From NCBI GenBank assembly GCA_002633005.1, contig NMRA01000177.1, forward strand, positions 635,942-699,941: a stretch of DNA of 64,000 nucleotides. Reading direction: 5' to 3'. Positions 1-10,811 of the stretch are shown here, one piece after another (the stretch's first letter is position 1; the number at the start of each line of letters is the position of its first letter). The translations under genes and the position numbers were made by a program. The notes below the pieces were generated by a model that saw nothing but the letters and a program-made list of their open reading frames with translations, searched no databases and was not told the DNA's origin. Origin of the DNA: Phoronis australis. Taxonomy: Eukaryota > Animalia > Phoronida.

Positions 1-670
1 ATACTTCACTAGACGGACGGACGAGGATGATAGCATAAAAATCACAAAAAACACAATAGATTGTTTATTTAATAGCTCTTGTCAAAGCCAATAACATCGA
101 AAAGTTTGTCCCATCCCACAATGATCCCAAAAATATGTTTTTGACCGTGAAACCGATAATATCCCTTTAGTACAATTCTCAGATAAGGCCAAAAACATAG
201 CTGGTTCTGGTCTTCAGATGTATTGAAAATTGATACGGTATTTTTAGTTGGCTACTCTCCATTTGTTTTTTGCCTAAAACACAGAAAAGAATAAAATACA
301 ATGGAAGAAGTCTATGATTTGAGTCCTTGCCTTTTAACACACCACTGGCTTTTAGAATGAGTGATCTTTTCATTTGTTTTGTATACGTCTATTTGTCTTC
401 CTTCTAACACTTGATCCATCATATTGAAAGACTAAACTGGAGAACACATTGGACTAAGATTTCTGCACATGTTCCTCAACTCATTGGGGGCCAGCAGGTG
501 CCATGAGAGTAGCTGTTATGTTGCCAGAAAGTCTTAATTTATACTCAAAATTCCAAATTTAAACAGCACCCACGGCATGTAATTCACACACAGTATATTT
601 CATTTGGTATACGCTAACGAATATGTCTGCCCAAAGCCGTCAGGTAATGAGACGCAAATGATTTTCAAAC

Positions 671-3600
671 CTTGTTCGGTTGCTTGAGATGCTGGTCCAA
701 GTTCAAGGCCATTCTGTCACACCAGCGACCTCTATAGTCTGGCAGATAAACCTTCTGTTTCAGCAACAGCCTCAGTTGGTCCACAGCTGCTGTGTAGTCA
801 CGTAACTTCTGTAGCACCTCTACGCCAAGAGTCATTGCACGAGTGAGAATGGACGAGGCCGTGAAGCACCTCAGAAATTCTGGGAGCCGTTTATCCCACC
901 TAAAATACAAACGACTTCATTACAAACCATGGCATTCCCACTTGGATGCAGTGAGCTGTGAATAAACCAGTGATGAAGCTGAGGCACTCACAGCTAGTCT
1001 TTTGTTAGAGGTGGATATGTCAACATGGCTATTGCGCCCCCTGTGGACCATTTTCTTTTTCATCAAAAATAACTTGAGACTTAAATCAAGGAAATTTGGT
1101 TTTGGGCTCCACACTAATTAACCCTTATCCTGCTAAGCCTCTATTAAGACAACTTTCCCTGTGTGCTAAGCTAAGTAGGTCACCACTGCTGCTATGCACT
1201 GGGCTGTTATGAAGGTCACTCAGATTAATGACCTAACATTTTTAAATTGGAAATTTGAAGGGGTAATGTCAATTTCACATAAAAGTAGTCTGCACAAAAG
1301 TTGTTCAGAATTTAATGGAGTTTTTCACCATATACATATCTTTACCATCGTCTTGCTGTGAATAATTCTATTAACTTTCAAACTGGACACCCTTTGTTTT
1401 TATCTGTTTTCGCACATGAGAACATTATAGCTGACACTCAAAAACCGTAATAAGCATTTTTAAAAGGGAATTCATGGGATTTGCATGTTTAACAAAGCAG
1501 ATTTATTGTTTGTAACATCACATCTACAAACAAGAATGTACAGTATATAACATAGGGCCTACCTCAACTTTGCACGATAACAAATTTATGAGTGGTGCAG
1601 TCGCTTGCTAAAGTCTATTTTGAAGTTCACCTTGATATGCAAAAACTTGAAACACGGGTGGGGACACAAAGCTATTCTGTGAAAAAGTCACAAAAATATC
1701 TAGTTCTGAATGAGTTCCATGCGCGAAGGGCGTGAGCCAAGCATCGTCGTAGGCCCGTCCAAGTTCAGCTTCAGGGACCGGTAACTCCTCCAAAATTGCA
1801 CTGAGATCCGAATCGACAGAATCTGCATTACTTGTGACTGTTGTATTAGTTTCCCAGTCACTGTCACCGTCACTTTGAGTGCCAATTCCAGCTTGTTTTC
1901 ACTATCTGAGTCCATGAACACTTCCTCAAGAAACTGGTCAACAGTCATCTTACCACGTTTGGCACCAGCCAAGATAAAACTTGCGTAAACTTTCAAATAT
2001 CTCGGCAACAACTCACCACAGCCATATGTTGTAAATCAGAAAAATGTACAGGAAACTATGGACTGTGGAATGCGCATGCTCACATATATAAACAGCATAC
2101 GGGGCTTTCACAATTTCTGAATGAAAAACACCAGAGTCCTGGAGTGAGTACACCCTCCTTGCGCAGTCTAGCGGTAGCTTATAATAGGCGATTGAGTACA
2201 CCCGACGCATTTTAGTAGGATAATTGGCTTGTCGGCTGACCTCGCCTAGCGCAGGATAAGGGTTAAAACTCTCTTGAACAAAACTGCAGTTTCTGAGAAA
2301 TTCCACATAACTGCTAGTTACTGAAACAATTTCTATAAATTATAAAGAGACTGCAATGCATTGATAACTACTTAGCTAAACCTTTATTCAGCATTTATGA
2401 TGCAGGAGTGCAAGACCAAATTTCCGTCTTAGGTGACTTTTCATGAAACAGACTCCTGCAGTGCATTATGGGATTGTTATCACACGCTGCCTGAGCAGGT
2501 TAATTGGATTACATAATAAGACTAACACTATCATAACATCATCATGATGATGGTTGGTAAATGTGGGATAGCACTGGGTAAACTTCAGTAACGCTAGGAC
2601 TTTGCTACAAAAGCAAGACTTCGTAAGATTACGAGAGACTTTGCCGTGAACTTTCAAAGAGATCATGTGACTTCAGCTAGATTCTTCTTGTTGCAAGACA
2701 GCTAATGAACTTCACCCTGGTTATGAAATGTAAAAAAATCTCAATTTCATAATTATGAACAAAGATGAAGCTGGCCATTTTTCATATTCGATATTTTACT
2801 TTTGTCCATAAACTACAATACAAAGGCAGGCTATGGCAACAAAACAACAGCAGTGTTAAATGACGATTAATTATAGACTTTGGAAAAGAAATGAGCGTGG
2901 TTCAGTTTAAAGAAAACCTTACCTGATTGTTTTCTTATTTGACTGTATTTCACAATACAACTCTTTAGCCTTCAAATAGATGTCTCTAGCATTCTCATAT
3001 CTGTGCCTCTCCATGCTGAGCCTAATGTCCAGCTCATAATTCAGTGACAGTTCTAACCTACACAGTACACAAACAAAGGTTTCCTTCAGTTGTCTAGGAT
3101 CTCTGTCTCATTTCACCCCCACACAACAGATCACATATACCAGCAGAAATAAATTTGATCACCGCACCTGGTAAATGATTTTTAAGCACCATCTCAAAGT
3201 ATCCTTAACCGTTTGTGAATGCAATTTTAGTGAAGACCTATTTGTAATAGTTTCAAATTACCCAGGCCAATGCAGCACCGAAAAGTCTTGCCTTAAAAAA
3301 CCCCTAGGCAAACCTCATCAAGCTTAAAGTCCATCACATTCAGCCTCAATTCAGATGCCATTATTTTGAACATAAACATTCATTAGATCGCAACAGAGAT
3401 GACATTATTAGTGACATTTGGAAACTCCCCTGAAAGCTACACTAAAAATTTTAAGATGCAATTGCCAAATAATGCAGCTACGACACTTGTTCTTCAAATC
3501 CTTTACAGCCAGGCCCACACAAAATCTTTAGAAAGCTTTTAGGTCATGATTTGGGGTGGAATTGTATTTTGTTTTGATATTGCTAGTTAGCGTTCCTTCA

Positions 3601-6600
3601 GCAAGATTCACTACACTACTAAATACGTAACTTAATTCACTCCATTTCGAGGTCAGCAATTTTGTCTTGACCTAATTAGAAAGTGTGGGCCTTCAAATAT
3701 CAGTAACGAGGATACTACCAATTTACAAAAAAATTAAAATCAATTCAATACAATTTCGGCTTGCTTACCAGAAAACATCTTGGCGGCTACTGAAGACTGC
3801 AGTCTGTCTTGTACAGCTGTATTGTGGGTAAACCATCTGTCCGATGTTGGTCATCAACATGCGGAATCTGAAGATAACATTAAATATACTTTACTAGATA
3901 CTCCTAACTGACGCAACGATAGATGTTCTTAATGACAAAAAAGGAATATTACGGTAAAAATTCTACAGTTTCGACAGTCTCTCAAATTTGGGATACAAAA
4001 ACTAGAGCAAAAATTGAATTTTTGGGAGGTTGGGACATGGGCAATTAACAGAATTATAACTAAAGCTAATAATATTTTATAAATTCTACCAACAAAAATC
4101 AGCGCCATTCATCTCTGGCAGCCATTTATGATAGGATGCCAGAAATGAAAATATCAAACTTTAAAGTCGATTATTTTGAAAACAAAACATGTTAAGAGAG
4201 CGCCATTTGGAAATAAGATGAAACCAAAATAGTTAGCGTTAAAATTTACTTTAGGGAGTTCTATTTTTACAAATAGAAAGAGTCTCAGTCTTAAACACAA
4301 TTTTCTGTTTTTGTAGTCGTGTAGTTTGTTTTGTAATACATCACACATACAGTTGGTGCTGAACACCATACATAGAGTCATCATCCAAGTTGGTGCTGGT
4401 CAGCGAGAACAGCATGAGAATGCGGAGAAATACACCACGCTTCTCCCCCTCCACTTTGTAACAGTCAGTGAGCAGTGATTTGGCACTACAAATACACACA
4501 GCAGTCATGACAAAATCCAGACACAAACCAGATGAATCATAAAAACTAATGTTGAAAAATCTTCCGTTTATGACAAGACACGGTGGAAAAGAAAATATTT
4601 CCTGTCACAATTACCCAAACAATGTGCAAAAGCAATACCAGGGTTCGACATAAGTGAATAAAGACTCGTAAATACCGGTAGAAAAAGTAAAATACAAGTA
4701 GGAAATTGACCTCAAACGGGCAGTGAGCAGACATTTGTTTTTTTGATTGACACTATTTGCTGTTACTCGTATTTTCAAGCAGGCAATTTCGCCTGATTAC
4801 CACAAAGATAATGATTTTCGCCACCGAACGTGAACTGAATGCATCGACCAAATAATTACAAACCAACATAAATGAAGCTGTAGACTTCAGAACTACATTT
4901 GAGAACTAATTACCATTTTCTGACATGAGCAGAGGAATCTTTTGTTGATGAGTTGGAGAAAAAGCTGCTGATGGACTTTCTCTGACTGTGTTTCAAGATG
5001 GCGTCTATGAGGTCGGACTTCACTGCTTGATTAATTCTCAGAGACTTGGCAAGCGTTCGTAGATCGGGAGCAGGTAGAAGATGAAGGATCTCTTCAAGAT
5101 CAGTAAGACTGTCTCCTGAGAAGCAACAGACCATACGTAAGTTTTCAAGAAAAGTTCCTGGTCAAAAATCAGTGAAATTTCTAAGCCAAACTTTTTGGTT
5201 AAGTTTTTTAAAAGTGATTAGTTTCGTGCAAAAGTTTTGCTGTAGCTTTGACAAAGATCAACTAATTTCGGCAATGATTGTCAACTTTTGTTTGAAAACT
5301 AATGTAAAGTTAATGTGTCATGTTGAAGTTACTGCCGTTTACCTACTTTGAACTGGTACTCGGGGTCATGACCAGCACCTTACAGATGTGAGATAAAGAA
5401 TGGAAAGAAAAAACAAAGCTTCTTAAAGGCAATCATACTCACTGCTCAGCAAGAGTCTTTTCTCAACAAGTTCATGGAAAAAAGGTTCCAAGTTTGAGGA
5501 AATTTCTGGGTAATTTATCCTCGACTGAAGAATCCAGCGGTGTTTCCGCTGAAACAGTCTGATGTAAAGTTTTTGAGCCTCCTCTGAAAATAGAAGGACA
5601 CCATAAAATACATCAAAAAAGAATTCGATACGAGTGAAAATTTTGAGTCCTACACTGCACACGAAAAGTGCGACATATTGCGCATCAATGTATAATATGT
5701 TCAGCTTGTCAAATTTTCTGGTGTCGGTGATTCAAATCGATGTTTACCAACCAATGACTTTCTTGTAGCAGAAGGGTAAATGTTACAACTAGTTTGAAAT
5801 AAAACTGACTGGCAAAGTAGCTGCAAAAATGCAACTGGGTGTGGTCAGTAAGGGTTTTACTGATTAGGAACCCTGTCAACTGTAAATGGATAATTACAAA
5901 TGGAAATGGATAATTATAAATGGAAATGGATAATTATAAATGGAAATGGATAATTATAAATGAATAATTACGAATGGGTAATTATCAATTGATTAATCAA
6001 AATAAAGTAGGAGTCTGTCCTGTGGTATTTTGAAACAAGGCTATTGCATACAAATATTATACCATGATACTATTATCCACTTTAAAATGCTGAAAAATTA
6101 ACTATTTTGCTCAAGGTCAGAGCTTGTCCCAAATTCTAGAAACAGATGATATTGGCCGTCACAAACTCAAGAATCTATGGAAAGATGGCAAAATTATACA
6201 CTCTGTAGATTAAAAACATTCCATGATTTGTACCTGATAAAGTATAAAACTCATTCACCACTGCTTTGTCTTCGTCGTCAAACAACTCTTCATTGTCTTT
6301 CAGTTCCAGCACAGACTTCACAATCAACAAGAAATTTTCATAATAGTATGGCACAAACTCTCGCTTGGTGTCATCTACGGCCGAGTGTGATTCTGATACA
6401 ATAGATGTTTCAGTGACTGTGCTTACTTGAGAATTCTCATCGGATGTTGCAAGTTGGCTCTCAAAGTCGACGCTTGTGCAGCGAGCTGTATCAGTATTCT
6501 GAGAGAACTCAGCTCTCACATTCGAAGCATTTACATTGTTCATCTCGTCATCATTAGGTGGGATCCCCGCAGACACAACACCACAGAAACCTTGGTCCTC

Positions 6601-7575
6601 AGATAAACTTTTCCAACTTTCATGGGCTGTTTCAAGATGTTCTTCATCATCACATTCTTCCCATTTTTCTTCTACAAAATTACTCGTGGTAAATGAGCTA
6701 CCAATAGTCTTGGACACTGATTTGAAACACGTCTCAGTGGAATGTGTTGAAGCCTCGTCTTTCACGGAGACATCCTGTGATGGCTGCTGTTGTATGTTGC
6801 CCCGCACACTGTGCACAACCTCAGATAATGCACAACATGATGCTTGGACATTACTTACATTAACACAGTCAAACATATCTGCTCTTAGTTCTAAACGGTT
6901 CATGTTTCCACGTGCATTAGGATCACAACTTGACAATTCTTGACCCCCTTCAACTCCATCACCAACACACTCGTCACTCTCACTCCTCTTGTGTCGTTTA
7001 AGTCTTAGCCTAGCACTTGATCGAGTACTCAACGACTCGTTAATAAATTTTCTTTTACCGTTATCGCTAGTTTCGCTCTTATCCCGATACTTATTGAACA
7101 ACGTATCACCATTACACTCCAATACACCGAAAGTTTCTTTTATAATTACATCAGACGAGGCACTTGATAATGAAAGGTTTTCACTAAGATCACGGTTGTG
7201 GTGTACGGCAGTGCATTCTAGTTCCTGTTCTGCAAAACCTTTGTCGCTTTTGCTTTGAATGCAGACTTCTGTTTTCGCCAAGCCAACATGACAACCTGCT
7301 TTACACTTTTTCACATTCTCTAAGTTACTCACGGTCTCTAAGTTACAAGGACTCCAATTGCTGACCTTGTTCCCATGGATCTCAACAGCAGAGTTAGATG
7401 GTTCATCATCATCCGAGCTCAAGTCTATCACTAGACACTCCTTTTTGCACGATTTCTTCAACATATCCTTCACATTGTGTTGTTTTACGAACATAGACGT
7501 TATCGTAACTTGTTTCTTATCACTATGTTTCCAAGGCCTTGAATTCTTCTGAGAGAGCTTGGTTTTATCCATCAT
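671..7575 (-). CDS. FAN1: Fanconi-associated nuclease 1, 5' part. Coding exons 7575-6234, 5583-5443, 5115-4914, 4485-4351, 3867-3769, 3057-2923, 899-671; continues beyond the left edge
   Basis: The exons join in frame at GT/AG sites. FAN1-like segments include PYYYENFLLIVKSVL, EEAQKLYIRLFQRKHRW, SAP-like LEEILHLLPAPDLRTLAKSL and TPR-region LPEFLRCFTASSILTR...RGRWCDRMALNLDQHLK. The VRR-NUC domain is not in the window. Confidence 0.92.
1122..2262 (-). mobile_element. Non-autonomous piggyBac-like DNA transposon in a FAN1 intron
   Basis: TTAA flanks (1118-1121, 2263-2266) and 12-bp TIRs CCCTTATCCTGC/GCAGGATAAGGG. An internal acidic remnant (MTVDQFLEEVFMDSDSE) resembles a piggyBac transposase N-terminus. 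Confidence 0.85.
2585..2680 (+). repeat. Interspersed repeat; related copies at ~11718-11825 and ~42858-42955
   Basis: Shared core TAACGCTAGGAC...AAAGCAAGACTTCG..AGATTAC in three places. Confidence 0.7.
5885..5962. repeat. 20-bp tandem repeat (AATGGATAATTATAAATGGA), about 4 copies
   Basis: Directly visible. Confidence 0.85.
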
Positions 7576-7639
7576 GACTTCAGTTCTGAAATGAAAATAA
7601 CAAAAAATTAGAACAGTCGCGTACTCAATAAGGTTATGG

Positions 7640-7862
7640 AGAAGGCAGTGTGGCCTAGTGTGATAGGTGTCTGGTTTTACTCGAGGTCGTGGGTTCGAGT
7701 CCAACTGGGTCACACTGTTAAACCCTTGAGTCGGGTTTCCAGCTCCTCAGCTCGGTTTTAACTATATATTAATAAAGCATAAAAATGGTTCCGGGTGATC
7801 AGTCCAATGAGCCCACATGCACGCCCTGCGCACGTCTGGTACAGACCGCCTACAATTACTTT
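7640..7862 (+). mobile_element. tRNA-derived SINE
   Basis: A-box-like GTGGCCTAGTG and B-box GGTTCGAGTCC, followed by a body shared with the copies at 25371 and 40440. Confidence 0.8.
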
Positions 7863-9139
7863 TTTGTATTAGGTGTATGATACTAAGAATAACTTACATA
7901 GAATCAGGTGGATGTAGACTTTGTGCATGTCTTGCTGGGCATATTTGTTAATTCTTATTAATTCTAACTTATTGTGACATTAAATTTTCTCAATACATGT
8001 CACTTTTTATGGTGAACCTCCTCTAGTTAATTTAACACACTAATTTCATTTTGCGCACCCAAAATTACTACGAAAAACAATATTTTGTCCCTCACTTATT
8101 TTGCACTTAGCATCAGCTTAAAGACAAGAGATGTGTCCCACCAGAGGGAGACGGGTGTTGTAACATGTCTTTGTGACTTCCAGGTATGACTAGACAAGTA
8201 ACACTGCCTGTAAACAACTCTTTACAGGGTGTGGCATGCAGTCATGGTCACCCTGCTATTCCTTCATTCCTACATTCCCACACCCCTATGTCCCCCATAC
8301 CCTTTGTTTCAGTGTCCCTGGTGTCAAGTTCCCCCATCCCAGTGTTCCACCTATTCGTTAATTTAACTTTGGGGTTTAAAAGGTGATATAAAAGGCATGT
8401 GTGCCAAAGATAGCAAAAAACCATTCAACTTTCAGAGAAAAAACACATTGTAGGTCTCAAGCATGTTTGTGCTTGCGACTTACAAGTGGGGCGCTTAATG
8501 ATATTATGTTGGTGGGGGAATGCAGGGTCAGGGAAACATCGGTACAAGGGAGAGCTTTATGGACCCCATGTAGTCGACAACACTTAATAATGAAGGCCTC
8601 TCTAAATCACATAGGCTATAGCTCCCTAGTTTTTTCAGAGCTACGCTGCACATGGTCTATAGGCGGTGCACCACAGGGGGCTGAGAGGCCTTAGCCCCCC
8701 ACTTTTTTCAGTGCTGCGCCGCCCATGCCGAATGGTTTGTACTCGCACGCTGGCTGCCTGGGAGGCTGGGTTGTGGACAGTGAACAGGTATACACACGTC
8801 TCTTGGCTTGTCACTACACCACATCACACTCCAGTTTATGTAGGCCCTCACAAAGAAAAGTCTGCCTTTTATTTCAAAAGAGCGCTCACAACACTACCAC
8901 AGTTTACCAAGTCTGCCGCCATGGCCAAGGGCAAGGAGAGAAAGACCTGTTTGGACCCGTCCTGATTGACTGAAGGACTCCGGTTCAGGGGTCAGACTGG
9001 TGCTGCTGTCGAGTTCAGTTCGCAATCAGGGAATTGATTTAACGACAGGTCAACAACACCAGTGACTTGACGATGTATCAATGCCATATATAACCAAACA
9101 AGAATAAGGAATAACAATTTTGAGTAAAACAACTACTGA

Positions 9140-9234
9140 AAATCACCAACTTCTCCGTCTTTCCCGCGGAATCATTTTATAGTTTTCAATACTGAAGAGT
9201 AATTATGCGCCATCTTTCGGATTCCGGTTTTGAG
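9140..9234. promoter_or_regulatory. Putative bidirectional promoter for FAN1 and the microprotein-NMRK unit, with an E2F-type site TTTCCCGC
   Basis: Lies between divergent genes. TTTCCCGCG at ~9160 is retained in both duplicates (~23212, ~26745). A candidate minus-strand donor (GTGATT, 9146-9141) could end a FAN1 5'UTR exon. Confidence 0.55.
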
Positions 9235-10622
9235 ATGGAAGGTGATGCGAAACCAGAAGCACTGCAAACAAACGGAAACTATACCGGTAATCGGGAAGGT
9301 AAGTCTGAAGGACCAGGTTTATTGAAAAATTTCATTGGAAAACTGAATGTAATTACTAACTCTGGCCAACTGGCGCATTAACTGTGTCGGTAATCAGGGC
9401 TTATTTTCGAGTTCACACATCACATCTAATGACCGATGGAGATGCTCCCCGTTTGTGCTGCCCCCTCTTGGTCTGGCTACAAATCACAATGCCATTGTGC
9501 AGACCAGCTGATCAAATTTCAATCATAACATTGCAGGTGGCCAAAACAGACTAATTGTCATTGGTAGGGCATCTAGGCCTGTTGGAAGATATTATTGGGG
9601 TTCACTGACGAATACACTTACCGGTATATGTATTTGAGTTAACAAACAATCCTGGCTACATGCTACAGGCCAGAAAACAATTCCTTTCACAAAACTTGTC
9701 TGTTCTTTTGGTGCTAAATATGTAGAACAATCTTTTCATCATCTGAGAGCATCACAAAATAAGCATCCTATGTCGATCAGTTTCTGGTTTTGCCGGTTCT
9801 TCTGTAAACTGGTCCTCATTCATAGAGTTGATTGCAGTATCATAAGAAATCACCAGAATTGAATTCACTTCAGTGTTAGTATTGAATAATTTATTATCAG
9901 CAAAGCGAATTTCTCAGCAATTTGCTTCTGCGAACTTATCAACATCTTCTGATAGATGTCATAACGAACAAGGAAGGTGCAGCCCGAATGCGGGAGTACA
10001 AAAAAGTGCAGGTGTTTGGGTGCTCTACATTTTGATTTAAATTTCATGAGATGACTGCAAGTTGAGTTTCTGTGGACAGAAAAAGTATTCATTGTTTATT
10101 TTGATGTTTTGTACCCACGTCAATTCCTATCTGTATTTTGGTATTCAATCAACACAAAACTGGCTGGCTGGCTGGCTGGATGGCTAATGGCTAGATTGCC
10201 CTATGCCCCTATTTTGTTTGAACAAACATGTTCAGCGAAAGGAAAAATCCAAATGCCCCCTAAGGTGCTCCCCAACTTAGCCAGTGAACTAAAATTTTGT
10301 ATTTTGTTTCTAATGCTTTATATTGATTTTTTGCGGGTGTTTGACCTAGTTCAACTGAAAACAGTCAAGATAAGATTAAGCCTTGTGCATCTTGTGAACT
10401 TTGAACAGTTTATCTTGACTTTTCTCTGATTCAGCCATCGAAGAGGAGGTCCCGGAGAGGAAGTTGACCCAAACTGATCACCTGAACAAGCAGCTCCTGA
10501 ACTCATTTTTGGACCGTCTTAACCAACAATCGACGGCATCTGGTGGGCAGTCGCCAGAACAAGAAGACTCAGCAGACTGGGAGACAGAAGAACTCGACAA
10601 GCAAACAGATAACTCACACTGA
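9235..10622 (+). CDS. 83-aa acidic microprotein of unknown function, exons 9235-9298 and 10435-10622: MEGDAKPEALQTNGNYTGNREAIEEEVPERKLTQTDHLNKQLLNSFLDRLNQQSTASGGQSPEQEDSADWETEELDKQTDNSH
   Basis: ATG in good context, strong donor AG|GTAAGT, polypyrimidine tract plus CAG acceptor, in-frame phase-1 join and TGA at 10620-10622. Core looks like an amphipathic helix with an acidic tail. Homologous exons are present in both duplicates. Confidence 0.75.
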
Positions 10623-10811
10623 AACTGCTTAACACAGAGAGGTGGAGTAAGAGTCTACTGAGGGAGTTATCGGGCATCAATAAGTTTTCATTTGGATGTG
10701 GTTTACTCATAAGCCTACAGGGATCACTTGTGCCAAGTACAAAGACACGCTAAACACAGTTGCATCAAGGACATAGTGTTGCAATTTAAGGTGACAAGCA
10801 AAGGAGACAGA

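Noticed and set aside
7576-7713. N-terminal extension of the 512-aa ORF
   Set aside because: It runs through a splice acceptor (7586) and an antisense SINE. The likely start is the ATG at 7575.
7640-7715. tRNA gene
   Set aside because: A/B boxes continue into a repeated SINE body and there is no convincing cloverleaf. The tRNA-like head at ~59220-59297 was also left uncalled.
10340-10434. Intronic snoRNA in the conserved 3' end of the microprotein intron (CTGA present)
   Set aside because: No box C or terminal stem; the conservation is explained by duplication and splice signals.
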